Positions 10,146-20,453 of a DNA stretch of 64,000 nucleotides are shown here, piece by piece (within the stretch, counting starts at the first letter, position 1; each line of letters begins with the position of its first letter). The notes beneath the pieces were generated by a model. The model was not told the origin of the DNA and ran no database searches. It worked only from the letters and a program-made list of their open reading frames with translations. Source of the stretch: Aureliella sp. (GTDB lineage: Bacteria > Planctomycetota > Planctomycetia > Pirellulales > Pirellulaceae); assembly GCA_046290675.1 (NCBI GenBank), contig JBKAHA010000019.1:18742-82741 (forward strand), given 5' to 3'. The position numbers and the translations under genes were made by a program.

Positions 10146-11981
10146 GTGATGATACGTCGATTACGACTTCGATGTCCAAAGTGTCAGGCTCCGATTGAGG
10201 TCCGTACGCCTCGCAGCGACTATGCCGACGCGACTTGTCCAAGGTGCAGCCTTGAGTTCGTCGTCAAAGTGCCGCCTCGCACGGCGCGTCATGAGTCTTC
10301 GCTCTCGAATATCCCGCCTGCCAGCAGTCAAGCGCCGGCTTCGTCTTCAGCCATCGTCGCACAAGCGGTTCCGCCTGAGTTACCTAATTCAGCGGAGCTG
10401 GAATCAACTGCATTGAATGAGAAGGACGCATTGGGGCAAGCCGAAGAGTCAACATCGCGTCCTCCCGAGTTCGAGTTCTGGGAAAGTGGTCAACCGCAGA
10501 GAAGTTCCTTAATGCCGATCGCGCTCATCGGCGGCTTTGCCACGGTGTTGTTTTTGTCGCTGTTTGTCGTCGCCGGATTCCTTTTGGTGCGTTCTTCGAG
10601 CTCGATGTTGGGAGACGCCACGTCGAACGATTCATCGCAGTTGGTAACAGAAGACTATCTCGGCTTTCAACAATCGTATTTTCAGTCGGGGTTGGACGCC
10701 GATCTGCAAAACCCGGTGGAAGTGACGAAGCTGCTGAATGATGTGCCCGAGGTGAGCCAGGAATTAGAATCGCTCCTGCGACGGGCAATCGAAGCTCCAC
10801 TCGGCACTCTGGCCGAACGGCAACGATTTCAACTGCAGCTCACTGAGCTAAGTCGAGAATACGCGGCGAAATATCGTGAGAAGTTGGCAGGCGTTCAAAG
10901 TGTCTCTCACCAAATCGCCGGCCGTTTACGACAGGATCGCCTCGCGGATTTTGACTGCCTGCGTTTGGTGACTCGCGAGTTTTATTTGACTGCGATTTTC
11001 AAGATGCCGGCACCCACTAGCGCGTTTGCTGAGATCAAGCATGATGAACTGAAGATCTTTCGCGCAGTGCTGCGTCGACTTGCTACGGTAGAAACGAATG
11101 AGCAAGGCACCGAGGTCGCCGAAGTGATTCGCGAAGTCGCGGATCAGAATTACGAACTAGCAGCCCAATACAGCCGCATCCGCGCAGATGGTCTCTCGGG
11201 CCACCGTGATGTTGGCAACCAGCGCGAATTCACAAAGACCCTCGAGGCATGTGAAATGGTGGAAGACTTGCTGCTCCACTTGTTGCGGGGCCGTTCAGGT
11301 GTGCCCGAGAGTTTACGGCAGGCGGTGAATGAGTTTGATTACTCGCGACAGGCCATTGAAGACGCCCAGACAGGGGCGACCGAAGAGGCATTGCGGCGCA
11401 GGCGGCAACAAGCGGCTGAAGGAAATTTGGATGACTTCAAAGTCGAATCCTGGTCCAGGGAAGCGTGGAGGATGCAGATCGCAGATCTCTCCAACCAGAA
11501 CATGGGCCTTCCGTCCGACCCAGTCGTCCTGGAGTTGTCGTTCCGAAATTTTCGTGCCCAACAACCAAGCCAAAATCGCCCTGGAATGGACTGGGATGAG
11601 TTCGCGAGGCAAGGTTCCCGAATCGGCCGACCAGGGGCAACGACACGAGTGGTACCGGGGCAGGATGGTGGTACCAGCGGACCAGGGACGCCCATGACTC
11701 TTGGGAGACTCGGTATTGATGAACTCCTGAATGGAACCTTTTCCGGCCGAACGACACTACGCATTATCATTTCACCACACAGTCCGGCAACGCAACGTGA
11801 GGCCATCCAATTCGGTAGCCGAATACGTGCTTCCAGGTCGATGTACGTGACCCAGGGCGATTCCGGTTTGGCCGGTTATGCTTTTTCCGGTGACTTGGAG
11901 GAGGCAGTCGCCCAGCTTCATTTTGGCAGGGTTACAGAAGTGGATTACAAACAAAGAATCATTTACGTGACAGCAGATTAG
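10146..11981 (+). CDS. Zinc-ribbon (CxxC..CxxC) membrane-anchored hypothetical protein
   Basis: N-terminal CPKC and CPRC pair, low-complexity linker, one TM (IALIGGFATVLFLSLFVVAGFLLV), then a helical domain. Confidence 0.55.
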   Translation: MMIRRLRLRCPKCQAPIEVRTPRSDYADATCPRCSLEFVVKVPPRTARHESSLSNIPPASSQAPASSSAIVAQAVPPELPNSAELESTALNEKDALGQAEESTSRPPEFEFWESGQPQRSSLMPIALIGGFATVLFLSLFVVAGFLLVRSSSSMLGDATSNDSSQLVTEDYLGFQQSYFQSGLDADLQNPVEVTKLLNDVPEVSQELESLLRRAIEAPLGTLAERQRFQLQLTELSREYAAKYREKLAGVQSVSHQIAGRLRQDRLADFDCLRLVTREFYLTAIFKMPAPTSAFAEIKHDELKIFRAVLRRLATVETNEQGTEVAEVIREVADQNYELAAQYSRIRADGLSGHRDVGNQREFTKTLEACEMVEDLLLHLLRGRSGVPESLRQAVNEFDYSRQAIEDAQTGATEEALRRRRQQAAEGNLDDFKVESWSREAWRMQIADLSNQNMGLPSDPVVLELSFRNFRAQQPSQNRPGMDWDEFARQGSRIGRPGATTRVVPGQDGGTSGPGTPMTLGRLGIDELLNGTFSGRTTLRIIISPHSPATQREAIQFGSRIRASRSMYVTQGDSGLAGYAFSGDLEEAVAQLHFGRVTEVDYKQRIIYVTAD

Positions 11982-12060
11982 CCTGGGAGAATCACCCCCG
12001 GAGGGCGATCATCGCTCATTGACGATGTTGCCCAGCGATCCTAAAATCACGCCCTCACGC

Positions 12061-12134
12061 GGTGAGTATAGCTCAGTTGGTAGAGCCCTGGATTGTGGTT
12101 CCAGTTGTCACGGGTTCGAGTCCCGTTACTCACC
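12061..12134 (+). tRNA. tRNA-His(GTG)
   Basis: Cloverleaf: acceptor GTGAGTA/TACTCAC, anticodon arm CTGGA-TTGTGGT-TCCAG, T loop GGTTCGAGTCC, G-1:C73 His identity pair. CCA not encoded. Confidence 0.95.
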
Positions 12135-12280
12135 CTTCTTTTTCTGGCATCAGTCTTTGTCGGCTCTGGCTCGCGACAGTCGCCCGACTCTTCGGTTTTC
12201 TGCGACTTCGGCAGATCATGGCCAGTGTTAAAGCTGTTCTGCATTCGAGTGCAATCAGCGTCTTCCATTCGACTTCTCTC

Positions 12281-13870
12281 TCAACCGGCGTCTGCTCCAG
12301 AGGCGTTTGCGAGGGCGACTGCTTCGGAGGCGTTCACGAGGCGTCTTGCGAGAAAGACCAGCAAGCCAAGAATCCCGGCCGCTACCAATGCAGAGACTGC
12401 GATGGGGATTCGTTCGAGTAGCAAAAGTGGCAGGCCTACGGTCAACATTCCACCGCCTACAAACGGTGCCGAAATCGGGGCGGCCATGGCATAATCGCGC
12501 GCCGCCGAAGTGCGCAAGTCTTGGTCAACGGTTTTCAACAGGGTAAAGCCTGTTGCGGTCGTTCCTGTTGACATTCCGTAGTTGAGCAGGCCCAGTTCGA
12601 ACCAATAGCCCTTGGGCAGCAAATAGCGGGACAGGACAACAAGGCAGAAGCCCGTCCAAAGGACGGCGGCGAACAAAAGAATGAGCAGTGGCGCAGCATA
12701 GGCGGTGACTACTTCGATCCTCAACGATGCAATTGCGGCGACGATTAAGAAATCCATCGTGACGCCACTGATCCGTTGAATGCTCAGCTCATCCAGCAAA
12801 GAATCCAATCCCAATGACGCAAATATTCGCCTGACGAACAGACCGCCAAATAACGTGTAAATGAAGAGCGGAAGATCGCCGAGCGTGCCGGCTACCGAAG
12901 TGCGGCTGGCGAGTACTTGGTTCGCAGCATCGGTCTGGTTGGTTTCTGCCGACTCGCTATCGACTTCCTGCGTCGCCTGAACGGTGTCTTGGCTCAGATA
13001 CTGAATTCCGTAGGAGACGCCCGATTTGAGCCCAAATCCGATTCCGAAAGCAAGTGCCACGATGGCAAGCTGGAATGCGAGCGGGTCGATCGCTTCGGCT
13101 GAGACTCGCCCACGGGCAATCGTCGGATGACGCTCTTGGGGTTCTTGGTTGTGTGCAACGTGGTGTTCTCTAGCGTGAGTGCTACTCGACGCATCGGAAG
13201 CGTCACGTAGAGCAGCTTGGCCAAGATCGCGATCACGAGTTGTTCTCGCCAGCCAACCTCGGTGACGAGCAACGTTGGCATAAACAATGCCACTGATGAC
13301 GCTGATAACGAGGCCTGCTGTCGCCATGAATAAACCGAGGTCTCTTCCACCTTCTAAGTCGATAGCCGGGTGTTCGAAAACGGTTCCCATGGCCGAGGCT
13401 GTCCCATGACCTCCCGCAAACCCGGTTTCGATCAACAATGCGAACGAATTGGGGACATCGTAGAACGGCTGTATCAATAACCAAGTACACAGAAGCCCCA
13501 CGGACGTCTGGCCAAATACAACGACCCAGACCATAAGGCCCTCGCTAAGAACGGGGCGTAGACTCGAACGCAGCGGAGCCGATTTTCGCTCAAGGAACAT
13601 GCACGCGAACACGACCGCAATTAGCAATCCCGGCCAGCTCGACCATTCGGATACCAAATGGTTGCTTGCGGAAGCCAGGCTGGGAGAGTTGATTCGCTGA
13701 GTCGCTTGAACGCAGCCCAAGCCGACGAAGCCACCTAAGATGGACGCAGGAATCATGCACCATCGCAACCAAGGCACACACGATCGGAGCGTTAGGCCAA
13801 TTATCAAAAGTAGTGACGCAAGTGATATCGCGGCGATCATGAATTGGGCAGCCTGACTGTGAGGAAGCAT
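12281..13870 (-). CDS. gltS: Sodium/glutamate symporter (GltS/ESS family)
   Basis: IPASILGGFVGL, GFAGGHGTA, YGMSTGTTATG and many TM helices. Confidence 0.85.
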   Translation of the reverse strand: MLPHSQAAQFMIAAISLASLLLIIGLTLRSCVPWLRWCMIPASILGGFVGLGCVQATQRINSPSLASASNHLVSEWSSWPGLLIAVVFACMFLERKSAPLRSSLRPVLSEGLMVWVVVFGQTSVGLLCTWLLIQPFYDVPNSFALLIETGFAGGHGTASAMGTVFEHPAIDLEGGRDLGLFMATAGLVISVISGIVYANVARHRGWLARTTRDRDLGQAALRDASDASSSTHAREHHVAHNQEPQERHPTIARGRVSAEAIDPLAFQLAIVALAFGIGFGLKSGVSYGIQYLSQDTVQATQEVDSESAETNQTDAANQVLASRTSVAGTLGDLPLFIYTLFGGLFVRRIFASLGLDSLLDELSIQRISGVTMDFLIVAAIASLRIEVVTAYAAPLLILLFAAVLWTGFCLVVLSRYLLPKGYWFELGLLNYGMSTGTTATGFTLLKTVDQDLRTSAARDYAMAAPISAPFVGGGMLTVGLPLLLLERIPIAVSALVAAGILGLLVFLARRLVNASEAVALANASGADAG

Positions 13871-14019
13871 TCTAGGCAGGCGAGTATCGCACGAATATCT
13901 TCCAGTGCGTAGACCGCTGAAGTGCTGGGAGTTTGAGCGAATCCAAAGAAAAAAGGCCGTGGCAAACTCGAACGTTCACCACGGCCTTGATTTGGCGTAT
14001 TGCTTTCTTAAGACTCGAA

Positions 14020-15645
14020 CTAGCGGTTTTCCAGTTCAAGTGACAACAAGCGATTCCCACGCTGGATGATGATCTGCGATGTGGATGGATCGGAAAGCAA
14101 CTTTTTGGCGACGTTTGCGTCCGTGACAGGTTGCCCGGCTGCTTCGACAATGATGTCACCCGGCCTCACTCCTTCTGCGTAGGCCCGACGGCGTGTGTCC
14201 ATTTCCGAGACAACGACGCCGGACTCGGCGTTCGACTCGCGCTTTTGACGCGGCGAGAGATTCTGGACTCCGATTCCAAGCCGTTCGATCTCTGCCGACG
14301 GCAGGATCTGGCTTAGCCGCTCTTCATCACGCACACCCGTGGTGATGTCGATGTCGATTGGTCGACCATCTCGATAGCCCTGGAATCGCAGCTGCGAATT
14401 CGGTCGCATTCGTGCAACAGCGTTCACAATCTGATTGCTTGATGTGACAGGCTTACCATTGACTTGGGTGATTACATCTCCAACTTGCAAGCTCGCACGA
14501 TCCGCAGGACCGCCCTTCTGGACGACTTCAACGGAAGCGCCGCGTACAACACCGCGAGGCAACTGAAACTCATCTGCGTTTTGCAAATTGACGTCGCGTA
14601 GCATCGCACCGATATATCCCCGTTGAACACCGTCCCCGGTCTTCAGGTCCTGCATGATGCTGCTGGCCATGGAGGCTGGAATCGCAAATCCGACTCCGAC
14701 GTTGGTGCCAGTACGTGAATTGATCGCCGTGTTGATACCGACGACTTCTCCACGGAGGTTCACCAGTGGTCCGCCGCTGTTGCCGGGGTTGATGGCAGCA
14801 TCCGTTTGTAAGAAATCTTCGAAGCCACCCTTTAGGATACCGGTGCTGCGATTGGTGGCGGAGATAATGCCCGCCGTAACCGTTTGGTCCAATCCGAATG
14901 GGCTGCCGATCGCGATGACCCAGTCGCCGACTTGCATGGCATCGGAGTCTCCGATTCGTGCGGCGACTAGATTGGGGGCATCGATCTTGAGGAGCGCCAC
15001 GTCACTCTGAGGATCCGTCCCGACGACATCCGCTTCAAAGGATCGGCCGTCGCTCAAATCGACTTGCAGGCGATCTGCACGTTCGACAACGTGATTGTTG
15101 GTGAGGATGTAACCATCCGTTGATACGATGAAACCTGAGCCCATGCCGGTCTGGACCTGTCGGCTTGATTGTTCGCCTTCGGGTACCAAGTCTTCTTCGT
15201 ATTCGTCGAAGAATCGACCATTGCGAGCTCCGCCACGTTGCAGCTCTTCCAGCAAGTCGTCTGGCAGCATGCCGCGGAACGGATCTAAATCCCCGAAGCC
15301 CGAGCCAAATGGTGAGCTAAAGTTACGGCGAACATTTCTCCGGACTCGCTGATTCGTGAGGCTGGTAATCGTGACGACAGAGGGCCTAAGCGACTGAGCG
15401 GCCAACCGAAATGCTTCTGAAAGTCGGTCCGCGCCGATGAGCAGCTGCTGTCGCGCGGCATTGGCTTCAGCGGTTTGCTGAGCGTAAGCAGCCGAAGTTG
15501 AAGGGCCGTTGCCAAGCGGGAGCATGCCCGCCGTGATCGCCGCGATCAGCGACAGCCCGCCTACGGACCAGATGATGGAACGCCTCGACATCAACCGAGT
15601 CCGCGATGAGCTGCGATCGAGCTCGGCAGTCTTTGTGATATTCAC
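14020..15645 (-). CDS. degP: HtrA/DegP serine protease with two PDZ domains
   Basis: GSGFIV, TNNHVV, DVALLKI, QTDAAINPGNSGGPL catalytic triad motifs; two PDZ-like C-terminal domains. Confidence 0.92.
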   Translation of the reverse strand: MNITKTAELDRSSSRTRLMSRRSIIWSVGGLSLIAAITAGMLPLGNGPSTSAAYAQQTAEANAARQQLLIGADRLSEAFRLAAQSLRPSVVTITSLTNQRVRRNVRRNFSSPFGSGFGDLDPFRGMLPDDLLEELQRGGARNGRFFDEYEEDLVPEGEQSSRQVQTGMGSGFIVSTDGYILTNNHVVERADRLQVDLSDGRSFEADVVGTDPQSDVALLKIDAPNLVAARIGDSDAMQVGDWVIAIGSPFGLDQTVTAGIISATNRSTGILKGGFEDFLQTDAAINPGNSGGPLVNLRGEVVGINTAINSRTGTNVGVGFAIPASMASSIMQDLKTGDGVQRGYIGAMLRDVNLQNADEFQLPRGVVRGASVEVVQKGGPADRASLQVGDVITQVNGKPVTSSNQIVNAVARMRPNSQLRFQGYRDGRPIDIDITTGVRDEERLSQILPSAEIERLGIGVQNLSPRQKRESNAESGVVVSEMDTRRRAYAEGVRPGDIIVEAAGQPVTDANVAKKLLSDPSTSQIIIQRGNRLLSLELENR

Positions 15646-16322
15646 GGTATTCTCCTCAAATCAACAGGATGAGTCTTTTGCCTTCGGCACCGGCTCCAAC
15701 GACGCGAACAGATGAACTAATCCGCAAAGTCACCAGATCTTGGATCTACGTCCCCAGCTGCTAGTAGTCCGAATGGCGATCGCCAATTCCTAGAGAACCA
15801 ATCCCGATAACCTGGGTCGCCGAATGCCTGCCCGTTTGACGGGGCCTTTTCAGGGTTGCCGCTTCCCGAGACTTGTTGCAGCTTGAAAAACGATGATTTT
15901 CCTTATGTACTGCATTCCGCATTCGCGCTGCGAGGCGATCTCTTGGCTCAAAAAGAGTGATAAGTCAAAAAGAGACGAAGTCGTAGGCATTCTCTTTGAT
16001 CTATGCACTTGATCGCTGGTTGGAAAGGCAGGTTGCATACTTAATTGAAGGGGCTAGGCAAGCCCGCCTCTTATCCGGCGAGGTCAGGGAAAACCCGCAT
16101 TTCGGCCATGGCCAAGGCGGTTGGAGCCGGCCAAAAGCACTGAAAACTCCGTCTGGACGACTTTGACGGTTTGAAGTGACTCTGATGTCTGTGCCTAAGT
16201 CAATAAATCAGGTCAATGCCGAGGCAGCCGCTTGACACCTAGTCGCAACCACCAACAATTTCGACATCTGAATAGAGCAAGTCCGAACGACGGCTCCGCT
16301 CTTCAAACCAGTGCAAATTCAT

Positions 16323-16408
16323 GCGGATGTGGCGGAATTGGCAGACGCGCTAGGTTCAGGTCCTAGTGTCCCTTACCGGACGTGGAGGTTCAAATCCTCT
16401 CATCCGCA
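16323..16408 (+). tRNA. tRNA-Leu(CAG)
   Basis: Acceptor GCGGATG/CATCCGC, anticodon arm CTAGG-TTCAGGT-CCTAG, long variable arm GTCC..GGAC, T loop GGTTCAAATCC. CCA not encoded. Confidence 0.95.
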
Positions 16409-16480
16409 CTGGTTTTTCTTGGGTCAAACGCACCTTCGAAATTTTCAACTTCCCCAACTCGACACCCAGAATTGCATTTT

Positions 16481-16498
16481 GGGGACAAAACGGGGACA
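16481..16498. promoter_or_regulatory. Putative integrase arm-type binding sites (tandem GGGGACA)
   Basis: GGGGACA at 16481 and 16492, 11-bp period, between the tRNA and the integrase. Function is inferred. Confidence 0.5.
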
Positions 16499-16563
16499 GC
16501 ACTTAGTTCACATTGGTTTTGAATCGCTGGTTCTTTCCGTAGCCCTTACGGAAAATGTGATTC

Positions 16564-17775
16564 ATGGCATCTCTCGAACTAAGAAACGGCACCTACCGAA
16601 TTGTCTTCCGCTACGGTGGCCAGAAGTTCGCTCGCTCGCTAAAGACTTCGCTGCAGAGCGAAGCCAATCTGGCTCTGGCACGCCTAGAGGACAACCTCCG
16701 CCGAGCAGAAAATGGCTCGCTGCCTATTAAGCCCGGAGCAGACATCCCCACCGTGATGCTCACCTCTGGAGCATTCAGTCAGCGGGTTCAGGTCGACAAA
16801 ACTCCCCTGCTCGGTGAACTCCTGGATCGTTACATCGCCAGCATTCCTCAGGCAGCCATCGAGAAGTCAACTTGGAGGATGCTGCACATTCATGTACGAC
16901 ACCTGAAACGGCATCTGGGAGTCCGTATGCAGCCAGGGAAAATGTCGCTCAACCACCTCCAAGCCTACGTGAATGCTAGAGGCAACGAGCCAGGTTTGCG
17001 AGGGAAGACCGTTGGCCCGACGACCATCAAAAAGGAACTCTCTACGCTCAACGCAGTCTGGAACTGGGCCATTGAGTCGAAGATCCTGGTAAATCCCCTG
17101 CCCAAGAAATCCCGACTGCGATTCTCAAAGCAAGACGAGAAGCCACCGTTTAAGACCTGGAGCGAGATTGAACGAATTGTTGAGCGAGGGGCTCTCTCGG
17201 AGCTCGAAGCCCAGGATTATTGGGACTGCGTGTATCTCGACCAGCCACAGATTGAGGAGTTCCTGAAAGATGTGGCCGCCAAGCGACTCCCCTCTTTCCT
17301 CTACCCGATGCTTGCTACCGCGGCTTACACCGGTGCACGGCGTAGCGAGTTGTTACGCTCGCAGATTGAGGATATCGACCTTGAGTCCGGCCAGATGGTC
17401 ATTCGCGAAAAAAAACGCACTCGAGGCCAGCGTTCCACTCGGGCAGTGCCAATCTCACCAAAGCTCAATGACATCTTGGTGAAGTGGATGGATACTCGCC
17501 CTGCCGGAAGATATACCTTTACGATAGATGGGACGCAGTTGTCCTTTGACCAAGGCAGCTGCTACTTCCAGACAGCCGTGTCAAAGACGAAATGGGATGT
17601 GCTTCGCGGCTGGCACGTTCTAAGGCACAGCTTTATCAGTAGCTGTGCCTCCCACGGCGTTGACCAGAGAATGATTGACGACTGGGTTGGCCACCAAACC
17701 GACGCCATGCGCCGCCGCTATCGGCATCTGTTCCCCAATAAGCAGCGGCAAGCTTTGGCGGAAGTCTTTGCTTGA
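16564..17775 (+). CDS. int: Tyrosine recombinase / site-specific integrase
   Basis: Catalytic set TGARRSEL (R), WHVLRHSF (HxxR), WVGH, RRYRH (Y); N-terminal arm-binding-like domain; adjacent to a tRNA. Confidence 0.93.
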   Translation: MASLELRNGTYRIVFRYGGQKFARSLKTSLQSEANLALARLEDNLRRAENGSLPIKPGADIPTVMLTSGAFSQRVQVDKTPLLGELLDRYIASIPQAAIEKSTWRMLHIHVRHLKRHLGVRMQPGKMSLNHLQAYVNARGNEPGLRGKTVGPTTIKKELSTLNAVWNWAIESKILVNPLPKKSRLRFSKQDEKPPFKTWSEIERIVERGALSELEAQDYWDCVYLDQPQIEEFLKDVAAKRLPSFLYPMLATAAYTGARRSELLRSQIEDIDLESGQMVIREKKRTRGQRSTRAVPISPKLNDILVKWMDTRPAGRYTFTIDGTQLSFDQGSCYFQTAVSKTKWDVLRGWHVLRHSFISSCASHGVDQRMIDDWVGHQTDAMRRRYRHLFPNKQRQALAEVFA

Positions 17776-17788
17776 TTCGATTAGCTTG

Positions 17789-18058
17789 CTAGTACGGCAG
17801 CAAGCCTTCGTTGCGGATGCGTTCCAATTCAGTGCTTGAGATCATCCACTCCTTGCTTGAGCCGCGTCCACAGGCACGTTTCTCAGCCCAGACGCGGCCA
17901 AGTCGACACCATTCGCGAACAGTGAATTCAGCTTTGCCGAGTAGCTTTGCCACTTCCGCTGTCGAGTAATAGTCCTTTACCTGCTTCTGCTCAATTAGCG
18001 ATTCAAGCAAAGACTCGATTCGCTCCAGTCTTTCCTGCAATGCATTGTCTACTGCCAT
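17789..18058 (-). CDS. Excisionase-like HTH protein (MerR/Xis type)
   Basis: YYSTAEVAKLLGKAEFTVREWCRLGRV HTH; convergent with the integrase; GGAGG upstream. Confidence 0.8.
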   Translation of the reverse strand: MAVDNALQERLERIESLLESLIEQKQVKDYYSTAEVAKLLGKAEFTVREWCRLGRVWAEKRACGRGSSKEWMISSTELERIRNEGLLPY

Positions 18059-18314
18059 ATTCAGCCTTCCTCCGCGGCGATGGATTCCCGGTTGTCTTTC
18101 TCAGGGGCAGTAGCATACGACAGAAGGTGTGAACTTGGATGCAATTGGCACACACAGTGGCACCCCAACGCTCGAGAATAGCCCCATAAACGCCACAAAT
18201 TACTGCGCAAATAGAGATTTCCTCCCCTGACACGTTGAGCACCCGCGAACTGTACAGGAACCGACTACTTTGCCTTCTTACGGCATTGGATGGGTTGTTC
18301 CCTAAGAAAGGATG

Positions 18315-18372
18315 CTTTACTAGTGGCCTTGGCTAGTAAAGTATGCTTTACTAGTGACTTGAGCTAGTAAAG
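18315..18372. promoter_or_regulatory. Two tandem palindromic operators CTTTACTAG-N9-CTAGTAAAG upstream of fic
   Basis: Perfect 9-bp arms at 18315-18341 and 18346-18372, 31-bp period; extra half site GCTTTAC at 18376. Confidence 0.7.
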
Positions 18373-18387
18373 GGAGCTTTACCTGAA

Positions 18388-19557
18388 ATGACACGCACTA
18401 CAGGCAAATTCAAAGTCTCCAACACTTCCGGAGAGCAGGTCCGGGCCTTTGTTCCCTATCCGTTGCCGCCCAAACGTCCAGTGCTGCAACTCGAAGCCCA
18501 GCATCAAGAATTGCTCCTCCAAGCAGAAGCCAGCATTCAACAACTTGGCACCGCAGCAAAAATGGTGCCCAGTGCTGATTGGTTTATCTACGGTTTTGTT
18601 CGAAAGGAGGCAGTGGTTTCTTCTCAAATCGAAGGCACCCAGGCAACACTGCAAGACGTACTGAACTTTGAAGCGACTCAAGAAGCAGAGCGTCCAGACG
18701 ACGTTGAGGAGATTTGTAACTACGTCGATGCGCTTGCCTACGCACGAGATCAAGTCGCCAAGCCACGAGGACTGCCGATTTCCACACGCCTACTTTGCGA
18801 AACTCACAAGCGATTAATGGCTGGCGTGCGCGGTGCAGAGATGCAACCAGGCAAAGTACGCAAGTCCCAGAATTGGGTCGGAGGAACGCGTCCTGGTAAC
18901 GCCAACTTTGTTCCCCCACCAGCAGATGAGGTTCCCAAAGCTCTGGCGGATTTGGAGCAATGGATTCATGGAACGCATACCTTGCCGCCACTGGTGCGTA
19001 TTGCGCTTGCGCATGTGCAGTTTGAGACTATCCACCCTTTCTTAGATGGAAACGGTCGAATTGGGCGCCTTCTCGTTACGCTACTTCTTGAACATTGGCA
19101 GCTGTTGGATGCTCCACTGCTTTACATCAGTCTTGCCCTCAAATCGCGGCAGCAGGAGTACTATGACAGACTCTCTGCGGTTCGACACGATGGTGACTGG
19201 GAATCCTGGCTCTTGTTCTTCTTTGAATGCGTTATCGATGCGGCCCGAAATGGAACACAGGCAGCAGAAAGAATGTTTCAGCTCATTCATACGGACAGGC
19301 GGCGTCTACTAGATAGCTCTGATGCAACACTGCACTCCATCCGCCTATTCGAGTCACTACCACAGCACCCGATAATCACGACCCAGATGGTGGTCGACTT
19401 GCTGGCAACTACCAAGCCAACCGCAGCAAAGGCAATAGAGGCGCTTGAAAAGACCGGTGTGATTTCAGAGACATCGGGAAAAAAACGCGATCGTGTATAC
19501 GCCTATACTGAGTACCTAAGCGTTCTAGGAGCCGGAACAGATTTGCAAACTCGTTAG
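18388..19557 (+). CDS. fic: Fic family protein (class II-like, C-terminal winged HTH)
   Basis: Canonical HPFLDGNGRIGR; N-terminal inhibitory SSQIEG; C-terminal TKPTAAKAIEALEKTGVI wHTH. Confidence 0.92.
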   Translation: MTRTTGKFKVSNTSGEQVRAFVPYPLPPKRPVLQLEAQHQELLLQAEASIQQLGTAAKMVPSADWFIYGFVRKEAVVSSQIEGTQATLQDVLNFEATQEAERPDDVEEICNYVDALAYARDQVAKPRGLPISTRLLCETHKRLMAGVRGAEMQPGKVRKSQNWVGGTRPGNANFVPPPADEVPKALADLEQWIHGTHTLPPLVRIALAHVQFETIHPFLDGNGRIGRLLVTLLLEHWQLLDAPLLYISLALKSRQQEYYDRLSAVRHDGDWESWLLFFFECVIDAARNGTQAAERMFQLIHTDRRRLLDSSDATLHSIRLFESLPQHPIITTQMVVDLLATTKPTAAKAIEALEKTGVISETSGKKRDRVYAYTEYLSVLGAGTDLQTR

Positions 19558-19572
19558 TTGATTCGTTCTTGC

Positions 19573-19606
19573 AAAGAAAGACCCCGCCTAGTTGCCTAAG
19601 CGGGGT
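19573..19606 (-). terminator. Intrinsic terminator for the leftward transcript
   Basis: Stem ACCCCGC/GCGGGGT followed on the minus strand by CTTTCTTT; lies between convergent genes. Confidence 0.6.
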
Positions 19607-19623
19607 CCGGGATGGTTTCGACA

Positions 19624-19950
19624 TTACAAGTCGTCGGGAACAAGTTCCCAAGAGTCAAAAGTACAACGCCAGAGCTCACGGGTTTGGCCATCATCAAGCC
19701 ACACGACGTCATTGATCATCGTGGAGCGATGAGGCTTGTCCCGCTCAATCCAGCGCACCAGTGCCTGCTCGTGTTTATTCAGCTCAACTTGTTGTGTAAG
19801 CCGATACACCTCATTGAGGTTGTTCGCTTGCACGTGAGCCACTACTTGGTAGTCAAAGGGCCAAATTGGGGAATCCCAACTCGCCCAGTAACCACAGCAA
19901 TGGTACACAATTGACTCGACGTATCGGTTCGGTGTATTTGAGGTATCCAT
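19624..19950 (-). CDS. Small hypothetical protein, possibly YodL-like
   Basis: HRSTMINDVVWL resembles the RS(L/M)SVSDVV motif of YodL-like domains on mobile elements; resemblance only. Confidence 0.45.
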   Translation of the reverse strand: MDTSNTPNRYVESIVYHCCGYWASWDSPIWPFDYQVVAHVQANNLNEVYRLTQQVELNKHEQALVRWIERDKPHRSTMINDVVWLDDGQTRELWRCTFDSWELVPDDL

Positions 19951-20201
19951 AGGATTAAGTCTCAAATGGTTGCCGGTATCTCCCGGTAGGAGGTGGTGCT
20001 CCTACCAGAGAAAGGTGGATACCGGCAGTTTCTATTGCCCTTCCTCCTCAAAACTCAAAAAAGCTCCAAGCAAGAAATGCGTGAATAGAATCACCGCGCC
20101 GAGGTTTGTCGCCTCAACCATCGGTCCGTGACAAAGCCTGGACCAGGGCATTAAAAATTCGATTATTGAAAACTATTGGTAAGTCGTTGGTGGTGGCGAA
20201 A

Positions 20202-20453
20202 CTAGTCTTTTGCTTCGCCCGCCTCTTCCGAGTTGGAGCCCTGCACGTAGATCCATGTGTGAGCCAGGTCGGCAACCTTCACAACGTTGGGCAAGTCGTC
20301 CCGCCAAAACTGAGTCGATTCCTTCCACACATCACCGTTGCGATAGAGCCGACACACAGTCACCTTGTATCGATCCCCATTACGCGTGTTGTTTTTCCAA
20401 ATCCGAGCCAGGATCAAGCCAAAGCGGATTTGGTGAACTGGTTGCTTATTCAC
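20202..20453 (-). CDS. Small protein, putative ssDNA-binding (paralog 1 of 3)
   Basis: Probable GTG start at 20453 after GAGGAGG, overlapping the upstream stop. PVHQIRFG..IWKN..F.RDDLP..AH.WI is shared with 33104 and 22473. Confidence 0.6.
   Translation of the reverse strand: MNKQPVHQIRFGLILARIWKNNTRNGDRYKVTVCRLYRNGDVWKESTQFWRDDLPNVVKVADLAHTWIYVQGSNSEEAGEAKD

Noticed and set aside
12061-12134. tRNA-His as the island insertion site
   Set aside because: Flanked by core-like genes with no integrase; the mobile genes begin after tRNA-Leu.
16534-16554. 8-bp inverted repeat TTTCCGTA/TACGGAAA before the integrase start
   Set aside because: Short and single; could be an operator or RBS hairpin, but support is insufficient.
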